Shown: positions 34,952 to 43,690 of the stretch, in pieces | Layout: the number at the start of each line of letters is the position of its first letter | How positions within the stretch are numbered: the stretch's first letter is position 1 | Assembly: GCA_965661945.1 (NCBI GenBank) | Contig: CBFIFP010000001.1 | Span: forward strand, 638,531-702,530 | Source: Candidatus Kapaibacteriales bacterium | Lineage (GTDB): Bacteria > Bacteroidota > Ignavibacteria > Kapaibacteriales > UBA2268 | Reading direction: 5' to 3' | Length of the DNA stretch: 64,000 nt | The notes under the pieces: model-generated | What the model saw: the letters and a program-made list of their open reading frames with translations, nothing else | What the model was told of the DNA's origin: nothing | The model's database searches: none | Position numbers and translations under genes: made by a program

Positions 34952-36586
34952 TTAATTTAAAAAGTGAAATTTGTTAGAAATTATGTTCATTAAATCTAGC
35001 GCTTCATCTTCATCAATATCAATTATAGATGCGTCATTTATGCCTGACGAAGCAGCTGTATCTATATGTAAAGTTGCGAGTTGCAATCGTCTTTGAAAGA
35101 ATGTTCTTCTTACATTTATTGTTTGAATTTTGTTAATTGGGACTATTTTTATTCTTCTAGAGAAAAAGCCTTGCTTGATGATTATTTTATCATTTTGGAT
35201 TTGCCAACCTCTATGTTGCCATCTCAAAACAGCACCAAAATATAAAAGCGGAATTAAAATAAGAAACCAATAATAAGCCAGACCCATTAAGTAAGCAGTT
35301 GTTGTTACGATAGCTAATAAAATTAAATATCTAAAAAATGCTCTTCTAATTGTTTTCCGAGAAACAATTTCAAAATTAAATGGAAATTCGAAATTTAAGA
35401 TACCTTTAGATAATTCAATTACTTTATCGTATTTGGCAAATGGCACTGCTGTTTCGGGTCTTTTGTTATCAAGAGCGCTCAATCCTGCAGTTTCTAACAT
35501 TAATCCCCAATATCCAAATTTTTGTCTGATTACATTAGAAAATATTACTAACATTTGTAATTTGTTTAATGGTATTGTTCCATTTCTTTTATTTAAAAGT
35601 CCGTGATTAGTGTAGAGTTTATTTTTTTCAATGCTTAATCTAAAATCCCACCATTGATTTACAGTTAAAAGCACATCTAGTAACCATGATAAAGTGAAAG
35701 CAATTATGAAAAATCCAATGAAATAAATAGAAAGTAAAAACCAATCTAACGAATTAGAAAATGTCTCGATATCGTAAATAAAGTCTTCCATCATTTGATG
35801 AATATCTGCAGGCATAAACTGCTGACCAATTGAGTATATCCATGCAAATAGTAAAAATAAAATTGGTCTGAATCTTAGAAACCCATAAATTACTAAATCT
35901 TTAACCTTCATTTGTATCAGTTCTTTTTCAGAACTTTGTTCTGTATCAGATTGATTTTCGGGTCTGTCAGAAAATTTATTTAGTTGATTAAACTGACCAG
36001 TTTCTTCTTCCCCAATTATAGTTTCACTTGAAAATACTTCTGAGGTTTCATTTTCATTTATATCTGAGTTAATATTTTTGAAGTTATAGTTGTTTTTTTC
36101 TTCAAATTTACTTTGATACTCTTTGATGATTTGTTTTATTTCGTTTGCTCTATCGGTTTTTACAGAGTCTAAAATACCCTCAGCATTAATATCTCCTGCA
36201 GTTTCAATTTGAACTTTTGAGATTCCAAATAATCTTTGAATAAAATTTTGAGTAATGTTTACATTTTGAATACGTTCTAGGGATATATTTCTTTGTTTTT
36301 TGCTAAGAATACCCGAATGAATTACAAGTTCTTTTGGAGTTAATAAATATTTAAAATAATAAAAATTAAGGAGAGTTATAGGAAAAACGAAAAGCCCATA
36401 AATAAGTGCAATAACAATGTAAAGCCAATTTTCTCCGCTTCCACCAGAAATTGCAAAATAAAAAGTTAGAGCAAGCCCGGGGATTTGTCTTATAGATTGA
36501 TAAATCATACTTAACGGAGAGAGTCTGATTCCATGAGTGTGGATATTTATTTCATCAATATAATTTTCGGTGTAATTTTCGGTCAT
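34952..36586 (-). CDS. YdbT-like membrane protein with bacterial PH (bPH_2) domains
   Basis: TM hairpins followed by repeated bPH_2-type segments (GILSKKQRNISLERIQNVNITQNFIQRLFGISKVQIETAG; RRIKIVPINKIQTINVRRTFFQRRLQLATLHIDTA). Confidence 0.75.
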   Translation of the reverse strand: MTENYTENYIDEINIHTHGIRLSPLSMIYQSIRQIPGLALTFYFAISGGSGENWLYIVIALIYGLFVFPITLLNFYYFKYLLTPKELVIHSGILSKKQRNISLERIQNVNITQNFIQRLFGISKVQIETAGDINAEGILDSVKTDRANEIKQIIKEYQSKFEEKNNYNFKNINSDINENETSEVFSSETIIGEEETGQFNQLNKFSDRPENQSDTEQSSEKELIQMKVKDLVIYGFLRFRPILFLLFAWIYSIGQQFMPADIHQMMEDFIYDIETFSNSLDWFLLSIYFIGFFIIAFTLSWLLDVLLTVNQWWDFRLSIEKNKLYTNHGLLNKRNGTIPLNKLQMLVIFSNVIRQKFGYWGLMLETAGLSALDNKRPETAVPFAKYDKVIELSKGILNFEFPFNFEIVSRKTIRRAFFRYLILLAIVTTTAYLMGLAYYWFLILIPLLYFGAVLRWQHRGWQIQNDKIIIKQGFFSRRIKIVPINKIQTINVRRTFFQRRLQLATLHIDTAASSGINDASIIDIDEDEALDLMNIISNKFHFLN

Positions 36587-37056
36587 ACAGCGTCTTCTGA
36601 TGTGTAATTTTTTAATCTATCCCTTAAATCTTCTGCATATTGAATTGGAAGTCCTGGGATTAAAATATCTGCTCCTTTTGTTCCTGCTGTGTAAATTACT
36701 AATTTTCCTAGTCCTAACCATCTATCTAAAATTGATTGCACTACGTCGATATGTTGCACTCTGCTATATGGAGCAGTTGTGTGAACTCTAGTAAAAACTC
36801 CTCTTTCTAAGTATATCTCATCTTCACGAACATCAAATTTCCAGAATTTATATTTAAGAGGTGGTATGATGAAAAGCATCAAAAGAAAAATTAGGAATAC
36901 GCAGCCTGTGAATACGTAATCACTAAAGAACCATTTTTCAACATATTCGGTAATGACAAAATATTCTAGGAGGAAAGCAAAAAGAGTATTAAAAAACAGT
37001 CTTCTTACTCCAGATATAGCCCATTGGGTTTTAATTTCTGGTGATAGTTGATACAT
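36583..37056 (-). CDS. YdbS-like membrane protein with a bPH_2 domain
   Basis: LERGVFTRVHTTAPYSRVQHIDVVQSILDRWLGLGKLVIYTAG. Overlaps the ydbT-like gene by 4 nt. Confidence 0.75.
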   Translation of the reverse strand: MYQLSPEIKTQWAISGVRRLFFNTLFAFLLEYFVITEYVEKWFFSDYVFTGCVFLIFLLMLFIIPPLKYKFWKFDVREDEIYLERGVFTRVHTTAPYSRVQHIDVVQSILDRWLGLGKLVIYTAGTKGADILIPGLPIQYAEDLRDRLKNYTSEDAV

Positions 37057-37206
37057 ATAAATATTTATTTTATAAAATACAAAATTAACAATAATTTTTT
37101 AAAGAACGAATTTCATTTATTTAAATTTTTTTTAAATTTGATATTTTTTTGATATTCTGATGAATTAAAAATATTATACTTTTCCTTGTTTTTTAAAAAT
37201 TATTCG

Positions 37207-37214
37207 TAGTTTTG
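37207..37214 (+). promoter_or_regulatory. TAnnTTTG (-7-like) motif upstream of topA
   Basis: TAGTTTTG lies 30 nt upstream of the ATG at 37244. Confidence 0.3.
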
Positions 37215-37243
37215 GAAAATAATTTAAAAAAAATTTAAGAAAT

Positions 37244-39637
37244 ATGTCGAAATCATTAGTTATAGTTGAATCTCCAGCAAAAGCAAAGACAATTGAAAAA
37301 ATATTGGGTAAGGATTTTACTGTAAAATCAAGTATTGGTCATATTAGAGATTTGCCTAAATCAGGAATGTCTATAGATATTAATAATGGTTTTACTCCTC
37401 AATACGAAATTAATAAAGATAAGAAATCAACGGTAAACGAACTTAAAAAATTATCGAAAGAAGCTGACATTGTATGGTTAGCTACGGACGAGGACCGAGA
37501 GGGTGAGGCGATTGCTTGGCACCTTTTTGAAGCGCTTAAGTTAGATGAAAAGAAAACAAAAAGAATTGTTTTCCATGAAATAACTCCCGGAGCTATTAAA
37601 AGTGCGATTCAAAATCCTCGAAGCATTGATAAAAAGTTAGTTGATGCCCAACAGGCTAGAAGAGTTTTAGATAGATTAGTTGGTTATGAGTTATCTCCGG
37701 TTTTATGGAAAAAGGTTAGGTATGGACTTTCTGCGGGAAGGGTTCAATCTGTTGCAGTAAGATTAATTGCTGAAAGAGAAAGAGAAATTTTAGATTTTAA
37801 TTCTGAATCGTTTTTTAAAGTAAATGCTAATCTTTTTTCTTCTCTAAATAAACCATTTAATGCCCTTTTATCGGATAAATTAGAAAATAATGAGCAAACA
37901 TTAGAGTTTTTAAATGAGGTAAAGGCATCTGTTTTAAAAGTGAAAGATGTTACCAAAAGACCTGGCACAAGAAAACCAGCACCTCCTTTTACTACTTCTA
38001 CTCTTCAACAGGAAGCAAATAGAAAATTTGGATATTCTACTAAACAAACAATGTCGATTGCTCAAAGACTTTATGAAAATGGAAAGATAACATATATGAG
38101 AACTGACTCATTAAATCTTTCTGAAACTGCAATTGAAAATGCTAAGCAGGTTATTAATCAAAATTTCGGTAGCGAATATCTTCACACAAGAAAGTATTCA
38201 ACTAAATCAGCAGGCGCTCAGGAAGCTCACGAAGCAATCAGACCTACTGATTTTAATACTACTGATGTTGAAGGTATGGATTATCAAGATCAAAAGCTGT
38301 ATGAATTAATTTGGAAGAGAACGCTTGCTTCTCAAATGTCAGACGCTAAATTAGAACGCACTACTGTAAATATAGCTGTTTCTGAATCTAAAAGACAACT
38401 CCAAGCGAAAGGTGAGGTAATTAAGTTTGATGGATTTTTAAAGTTATATCTTGAAGGTAAGGATGAAGAAGATGAAGACGAAGATAACGGTTTATTACCT
38501 GATTTAAAAGAAGAGGAAATTGTAACTTTAGAGCAGATGACTGCCAGAGAATCTTTCACAAAAGCTCAAGCTAGATATTCTGAAGCTTCTCTTGTGAAAA
38601 AATTAGAAGAACTTGGCATTGGACGACCTTCAACTTACGCTCCAACTATTTCTACTATTCAAGATAGAAGTTATGTTATCAAAGAAGATAGACCAGGGGC
38701 AGAAAGAGAGTATAAACTTATTATACTTAAAAATGATAATATTGAAGAAAAAGTTGAAACAGAGATTTCGGGTGCTGAAAAAGCTAAATTATTTCCAACT
38801 GATACTGGCTTAGTGGTAAATGATTTCCTTGTAGAGTATTTCCCAGAAATAGTTGATTTACATTTTACAGCTAAGGTTGAGGAAGAATTTGATGAGATTT
38901 CAAATGGTAATAAGGTTTGGAATGAAATGATTTCTGATTTTTATATTCCTTTTCATAAATCTATTGAGAACTCTGATTCGATTACTAAAGCACAAGCTAT
39001 TAAACCAAGAGAGCTAGGTATCGACCCTAAAACACAGAAAAAGGTATATGCTAGAATTGGTAGATTTGGTGCTATGGTTCAACTTGGCGACCAAGAGGAA
39101 GATGAGGAGTTAAAGTTCGCATCAATTCCTAAGACATCATCACTTGATACTATTACTTTTGAGGAAGCTCTAAAACTTTTCCAATTACCTAGAATTCTTG
39201 GTGAAAATGAAGAAGGACCTATCAAAGCTAATCTTGGTAGATTTGGACCTTACGTTCAGTTAGGAAAAACATTTGCTTCTTTAAAAAATATTGATGTTTA
39301 TGAGGTGACTTTGGAAGAAGCTTTGACATTGATAGAAGAAAAAAGAGAAGCAGAAAGAAATAAAATGATTTTGAATTTTGAAGAAGAAGGGATACAAGTG
39401 CTTAATGGAAGGTATGGTCCCTATATTACTGACGGAAAAACTAATGCTAAAATTCCAAAAGATAAAGAGCCTAAATCTCTTACCTTAGAGGAATGTAAGA
39501 AATTAATTGCTGAGGCACCTGCTAAAAAAGGTAGAAGGGCGCCTGCTAAAAAAAGCACCGCTAAGGCAACTACTAAAAAAACGACAACTAAGAAAACAAC
39601 TAACACAGCAACTAAAAAACCTACTAAAAAAAAGTAA
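37244..39637 (+). CDS. topA: DNA topoisomerase I
   Basis: TOPRIM domain (LVIVESPAKAKTIEKILG...ATDEDREGEAIAWH) and active-site region ITYMRTDS. The C-terminal repeats are Cys-free (GRFGAMVQLG, GRFGPYVQLGK, GRYGPYITDGK), followed by a Lys-rich tail. Confidence 0.95.
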   Translation: MSKSLVIVESPAKAKTIEKILGKDFTVKSSIGHIRDLPKSGMSIDINNGFTPQYEINKDKKSTVNELKKLSKEADIVWLATDEDREGEAIAWHLFEALKLDEKKTKRIVFHEITPGAIKSAIQNPRSIDKKLVDAQQARRVLDRLVGYELSPVLWKKVRYGLSAGRVQSVAVRLIAEREREILDFNSESFFKVNANLFSSLNKPFNALLSDKLENNEQTLEFLNEVKASVLKVKDVTKRPGTRKPAPPFTTSTLQQEANRKFGYSTKQTMSIAQRLYENGKITYMRTDSLNLSETAIENAKQVINQNFGSEYLHTRKYSTKSAGAQEAHEAIRPTDFNTTDVEGMDYQDQKLYELIWKRTLASQMSDAKLERTTVNIAVSESKRQLQAKGEVIKFDGFLKLYLEGKDEEDEDEDNGLLPDLKEEEIVTLEQMTARESFTKAQARYSEASLVKKLEELGIGRPSTYAPTISTIQDRSYVIKEDRPGAEREYKLIILKNDNIEEKVETEISGAEKAKLFPTDTGLVVNDFLVEYFPEIVDLHFTAKVEEEFDEISNGNKVWNEMISDFYIPFHKSIENSDSITKAQAIKPRELGIDPKTQKKVYARIGRFGAMVQLGDQEEDEELKFASIPKTSSLDTITFEEALKLFQLPRILGENEEGPIKANLGRFGPYVQLGKTFASLKNIDVYEVTLEEALTLIEEKREAERNKMILNFEEEGIQVLNGRYGPYITDGKTNAKIPKDKEPKSLTLEECKKLIAEAPAKKGRRAPAKKSTAKATTKKTTTKKTTNTATKKPTKKK

Positions 39638-39645
39638 GGTGATAT

Positions 39646-40428
39646 ATGATTCATTTACTTTTGATTTTGTTTAGTTTTCAATTAAATTCTCAAACTTTTA
39701 AATCTACAAGGAATTTGATTGAAGATAAAAAAGATAATTATAGACCTATCCTATCTTTGGGTGTTGGTGTAGATTATTTATTTAATAGTCTTACTAATAC
39801 TTCAGAAGATAATTGCTCTTGTATGGGTTTTATTAATTCTCATAATGACTCTAGAAATTTAGCTCCAAGTATTTATTTAAAATATAGACATAATGAAACT
39901 TCAGATTTTTCTTTCGATTTATCAGTTAGTTATTTTAATGTTGATTTTATAAGTAATTATCTGAATAGTGATACTCCTTTGAGATACGAAGATAGAGAGA
40001 TTATGGGTTCTATGATAATTAATAATGATTATAATATAAATTATTATGATATTGGTTTTTATGCTAATTATGAACTTTTTGGTTTTAAACAAGTAGGTTT
40101 ATTCTCTGGTTTTAAAACTAGAATTGGAAACTCGAGTTTTAATAGAGTTTTAACTTTCACTGATGATAATAATCAAAATTTATCTTCTTTAGGTCAGAGT
40201 CAATATTATGGTGATGATGTAATCAATTTTTCTGTTCATTTGGGTGTTTCTTTCAATGGTAAATTTGGTGATTTGCCATACCAAATTAGATTTAATTACC
40301 TAAGAAATTTGAATGATATTAATTTTAATATTGATGATTTTTTTAGCGAGAATAGTAGTTTTGATGTAAATTATAATTTAACTTCATTTGGTATAGGATT
40401 AGTTTTATTCTATGATTTTATAAAATGA
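39646..40428 (+). CDS. Hypothetical outer-membrane beta-barrel-like protein
   Basis: Signal peptide, strand-like periodicity, and an aromatic-rich C-terminus (GIGLVLFYDFIK). Confidence 0.4.
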   Translation: MIHLLLILFSFQLNSQTFKSTRNLIEDKKDNYRPILSLGVGVDYLFNSLTNTSEDNCSCMGFINSHNDSRNLAPSIYLKYRHNETSDFSFDLSVSYFNVDFISNYLNSDTPLRYEDREIMGSMIINNDYNINYYDIGFYANYELFGFKQVGLFSGFKTRIGNSSFNRVLTFTDDNNQNLSSLGQSQYYGDDVINFSVHLGVSFNGKFGDLPYQIRFNYLRNLNDINFNIDDFFSENSSFDVNYNLTSFGIGLVLFYDFIK

Positions 40429-40553
40429 TTACTCTATTTCTGATGTAAGTGTTTTTATTTCAATAAACTAGTTCTTTTGAGTTGATTTTTCTGTTTTTGC
40501 AGTTTTTAGTGTTTTTAATTTTATTTTTTCACATCTTCTTTTATTACTATATG

Positions 40554-40670
40554 TTATGAAACATGACTAATATTGTGTGCAAGAATTTGGTTTAAAGCTA
40601 TAGTTTTAGATTTACCCAGATGGTCTTTGATTTCGTAGCGTTTTTCTTCGAAGTGTCTGTGCGTTTCGAT
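40554..40670 (-). pseudogene. Rhs core-junction remnant C (no start codon)
   Basis: Begins directly after the PIN gene's TAA, in the same frame. It reads IETHRHFEEKRYEIKDHLG and then the unrelated KSKTIALNQILAHNISHVS-stop. By my count, 48 of 57 nt are identical to 43121-43177. Confidence 0.6.
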
Positions 40671-41117
40671 TTAATTTCTGGCGATATACAATTCGAGCAT
40701 TTCTTTTGTTTCGATGATTTGGCTAAAACCTTTTTCTATTAAACCAGTTATTAATTTTTTATCTCCAGTCCAAAGTTTTGCATTGAGGTGGTTCGATAAT
40801 GCAACAAAAAATAAATCGTCTTCATCTATATCTTGACATAAATTATATGCAATATCATATTGAAATTCAGGAATCATTTCTTCATCAAAAGTTGATACTT
40901 TATCAAAGAACATATCTAACAACTTATCAAATTGATTGTCAGTAAACCCTGTTATATTAAGTATTTTATTTTTATGTAATTCAAGTTCTGTAAGGGTAAA
41001 TTTAGGAGTGTAAAACAAAAATCTATTTTTAGAATTTAAAATAATTTGTGAAATATTGCTTTTTTTATTTAATAATGCACTAAATAATATATTTGTATCA
41101 ATAATAATATCAAGCAT
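40671..41117 (-). CDS. PIN-domain protein (VapC-like toxin family)
   Basis: N-terminal IIIDTNILFSALL (first acidic residue). DIDEDDLFFVALSNHLNAKLWTGDKKL matches the distal PIN acidic motifs. Confidence 0.7.
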   Translation of the reverse strand: MLDIIIDTNILFSALLNKKSNISQIILNSKNRFLFYTPKFTLTELELHKNKILNITGFTDNQFDKLLDMFFDKVSTFDEEMIPEFQYDIAYNLCQDIDEDDLFFVALSNHLNAKLWTGDKKLITGLIEKGFSQIIETKEMLELYIARN

Positions 41118-41316
41118 TTACCTCTCGTTTTGCTTTAAATCTCTCCCATCTACCTTTTTTAACTTCACCAATAAGTTTATCAATATCTTCATTTCTTGCT
41201 TGTGATTTAGAAGTTATTTCTAAAAATTTTAAATAGTTTAAAATTTCTGAATAATCTTCATAATCATCTATTGGTAATTTTATCACAATTTCATTATTTA
41301 TAACATTTACATTCAT
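41110..41316 (-). CDS. Small protein upstream of the PIN gene, candidate antitoxin
   Basis: 68 aa, overlapping the PIN ORF by 8 nt, which is a type II TA-like layout. No DNA-binding motif firmly recognised. Confidence 0.4.
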   Translation of the reverse strand: MNVNVINNEIVIKLPIDDYEDYSEILNYLKFLEITSKSQARNEDIDKLIGEVKKGRWERFKAKREVNA

Positions 41317-41351
41317 ATACGTTCCTTATTTAATAATTAAGACGATTAAAT

Positions 41352-41570
41352 TCATAATTTATTTAACCCATTATATCCAAAGTTATAATCATTTCCAGAC
41401 CAAGAGCCAGCTTCTATCTCCATTCCATAAGGATGATAATTACTCATACTCTTTAAATCCGCTAAAAACTTCCAAGACGAAGCAACATCGTTATAATTGC
41501 TTGCATTCTTTATATCACTCGTAACTGCACGGACATTCCCCAGGTGGTCTTTAATTTCGTAGCGTTTTTC
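41352..41570 (-). pseudogene. Rhs core-junction remnant B (no start codon, truncated)
   Basis: Begins directly after the TGA of ORF 41571..42149, in the same frame. It reads EKRYEIKDHLGNVRAVTSDIKNASNYNDVASSWKFLADLKSMSNYHPYGMEIEAGSWSGNDYNFGYNG and then LNKL-stop. By my count, 61 of 68 aa are identical to the main copy. Confidence 0.7.
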
Positions 41571-42149
41571 TCAGTATATGGGAATAGCTTCTTTTCCTCT
41601 TATTACATATATATCTTTGTCTAATTTTTGAAATTTCAAATTATTCTTAATAAAAATTCTATAACCAATTGGGAATACATTTGAATAGTCAAATTTAATA
41701 TCTTCTATATCGACATAAGTTTTTAAAATTATTTTATATTCTGAACTAAACTTTGTTCTATATGGAAAGATTGAGATTTGAAGAAATTCATCTGTTTTTA
41801 CTATATCCCATATACAATAATTAATTGATAATTCTTTTAATTGGTTATAATCCTCAATTGCTATATAACTTTCTTTTTTAAGACCAAATGTTGTATAGCT
41901 ATTCATACAGGCAGGTTCACCATTATTTTTATATAATTCAGACCTATTTCTAAATGAGTAATACTGGAACCCATTATTATAAAAAATTGGATTATTTTCA
42001 ACTTCATCTACAATCCCTTTTTCTATCAATGTAAACTTTTGTTTATAAAATAAATATGTCATTTCAATAATAGAATTTTTAAAAAATATTAAGATTATAA
42101 ATATTATTAAAATTATTATTTTAAAGATTTTATTTTTAATTATTTTCAT
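41571..42149 (-). CDS. Candidate immunity protein (N-terminal TM anchor) for the Rhs C-terminal toxin
   Basis: ATGA overlap with the toxin ORF. TM helix IFKIIILIIFIILIFF. No family recognised, so the assignment is positional. Confidence 0.45.
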   Translation of the reverse strand: MKIIKNKIFKIIILIIFIILIFFKNSIIEMTYLFYKQKFTLIEKGIVDEVENNPIFYNNGFQYYSFRNRSELYKNNGEPACMNSYTTFGLKKESYIAIEDYNQLKELSINYCIWDIVKTDEFLQISIFPYRTKFSSEYKIILKTYVDIEDIKFDYSNVFPIGYRIFIKNNLKFQKLDKDIYVIRGKEAIPIY

Positions 42150-43438
42150 TTATTTACTCTCTTAATTTTAATTGAATTTTCATATTCCCAACCATTTATA
42201 TATGCTTTAATATCATTAATATCATCATGAATATCGTCATAATCTTGGAAATACCAATCTAATAAATGGTTAATATCAGCCCCTAATTTCATAACATTTT
42301 TAGGAACATCTAATCTTCCCATAGTTCTTCCCCACAAATGGTTTCCATACTCCAATTCATTGTATGCTATTTTATTTCTTGGATTCAAATAAAATGAAAT
42401 GGTTTTTTCTTGTTTTAAACCATAATTTTCTAAATTCATTCCATAATCAAATTTCCTTTTATTTTTATCTTCTCCCCTTTCATTTAAACTATTATTTAGA
42501 ATTGATAAATATTTATCGAAAAAAGAATAATTTTTTATATTTTTTGTGTTATTTTCAATTATTTTATCTTCCTGCTTTGTATCGTTGACTTGAATAATTT
42601 TTTTATCTTTATAAAATTCAGAAGTTGTTAATCTTTTAAATTTTGGGACATCATCTTCTGGGTTATTTATAGTAAAATATTGAGTGTTTTTACCATTAGT
42701 TACTTGAATTGACCACTCTTTTTTACCATCATCTATGGATTTTACAAATTTCCCATCTTCTTGAAAAACAAATGCACTATCTCCTCTTCTATCAGTAAAC
42801 CTTATCGGATTATTCCCCATCGTAGCATAGGTTGACATACTTGGGAATTTATATTCTAAAGGGTCAGGACTCCACCATCTGCCATCTTCTGATGACAAAT
42901 TCCTAAAGTGCGTATGGCTTATGTCTTTCCCAATCCCTTCCTTCAACATCCCATTATAACCGAAGTTATAATCATTTCCACTCCATGAGCCCGCATCTAT
43001 TAACGAACCATAAGGATGATAATTGTTTAAACTCTTTAAGTCTGCTAAAAATCTCCAAGATGAAGCAACCAAATTATAATTGCTTGCATTCTTAATATCA
43101 CTCGTAACAGCCCTAACATTCCCCAGATGGTCTTTAATCTCGTAGCGTTTTTCGCCTAAGTGCCTGTGGGTTTCTATTCCTGTTATGCTTGCACTTACTG
43201 CATTAGTAGTAAACGTATTACTAATCATTTCAGTGTTGTAAGCCACTTCCAAACTTGGCGGGTCATCTTCAAAGTTATCGTTGTAAGAGTCGTTATCCCG
43301 AATTTTGTAGCGTGGATATACAGTAGCCACTCTTCCATCCGATGCAGAACCATAGACATACCATTCTACGTTGTTGGTGGTTTCATCGCAAACATAAGTT
43401 GGGTCTGTATGATTTATAAATTTATTTTTGTAGAGCAA
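42146..43438 (-). CDS. Rhs repeat-associated core end plus unassigned C-terminal toxin domain (N-terminally truncated; possibly an orphan cassette or pseudogene)
   Basis: HLGEKRYEIKDHLGNVRAV, YHPYG, FGYNG, DGRWWSPDPL and MGNNPIRFTDRRGD together form the Rhs core terminus. It is followed by ~210 aa of unknown type. Called from TTG. The frame is open only to the TGA at 43487-43489 and has no ATG. Confidence 0.7.
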   Translation of the reverse strand: MLYKNKFINHTDPTYVCDETTNNVEWYVYGSASDGRVATVYPRYKIRDNDSYNDNFEDDPPSLEVAYNTEMISNTFTTNAVSASITGIETHRHLGEKRYEIKDHLGNVRAVTSDIKNASNYNLVASSWRFLADLKSLNNYHPYGSLIDAGSWSGNDYNFGYNGMLKEGIGKDISHTHFRNLSSEDGRWWSPDPLEYKFPSMSTYATMGNNPIRFTDRRGDSAFVFQEDGKFVKSIDDGKKEWSIQVTNGKNTQYFTINNPEDDVPKFKRLTTSEFYKDKKIIQVNDTKQEDKIIENNTKNIKNYSFFDKYLSILNNSLNERGEDKNKRKFDYGMNLENYGLKQEKTISFYLNPRNKIAYNELEYGNHLWGRTMGRLDVPKNVMKLGADINHLLDWYFQDYDDIHDDINDIKAYINGWEYENSIKIKRVNK

Positions 43439-43690
43439 TTTACCACCTGCTTCATAAACGAAAATATCATCAAAATATAAGTTTTTTCATATTCTGATTG
43501 TTTATAATACTCTATAATTTTGATATTTGACGATTTTATCATAAAATTATTTATTCCAGCCTTATTTTTAAACAAAATAATTAAAAATTCGTTTTTTTGG
43601 TGCAATCTTGTTAATTTTACTTTTTATTTTTTGCAAAAAAAGTAAATTACATTATTTGTAATTATTTTAATTTTAAAATAGGTTTTATTT

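Noticed and set aside
43439-43690. glmS ribozyme upstream of glmS, and Tn7-type attachment at glmS as an explanation for the Rhs island.
   Set aside because: The leader is extremely AT-rich and has none of the conserved ribozyme core. Only an imperfect AT hairpin is present at 43612-43649. The island lies at the 5' side of glmS, whereas attTn7 is at the 3' end, where proS follows after 30 nt. No transposase genes are present.
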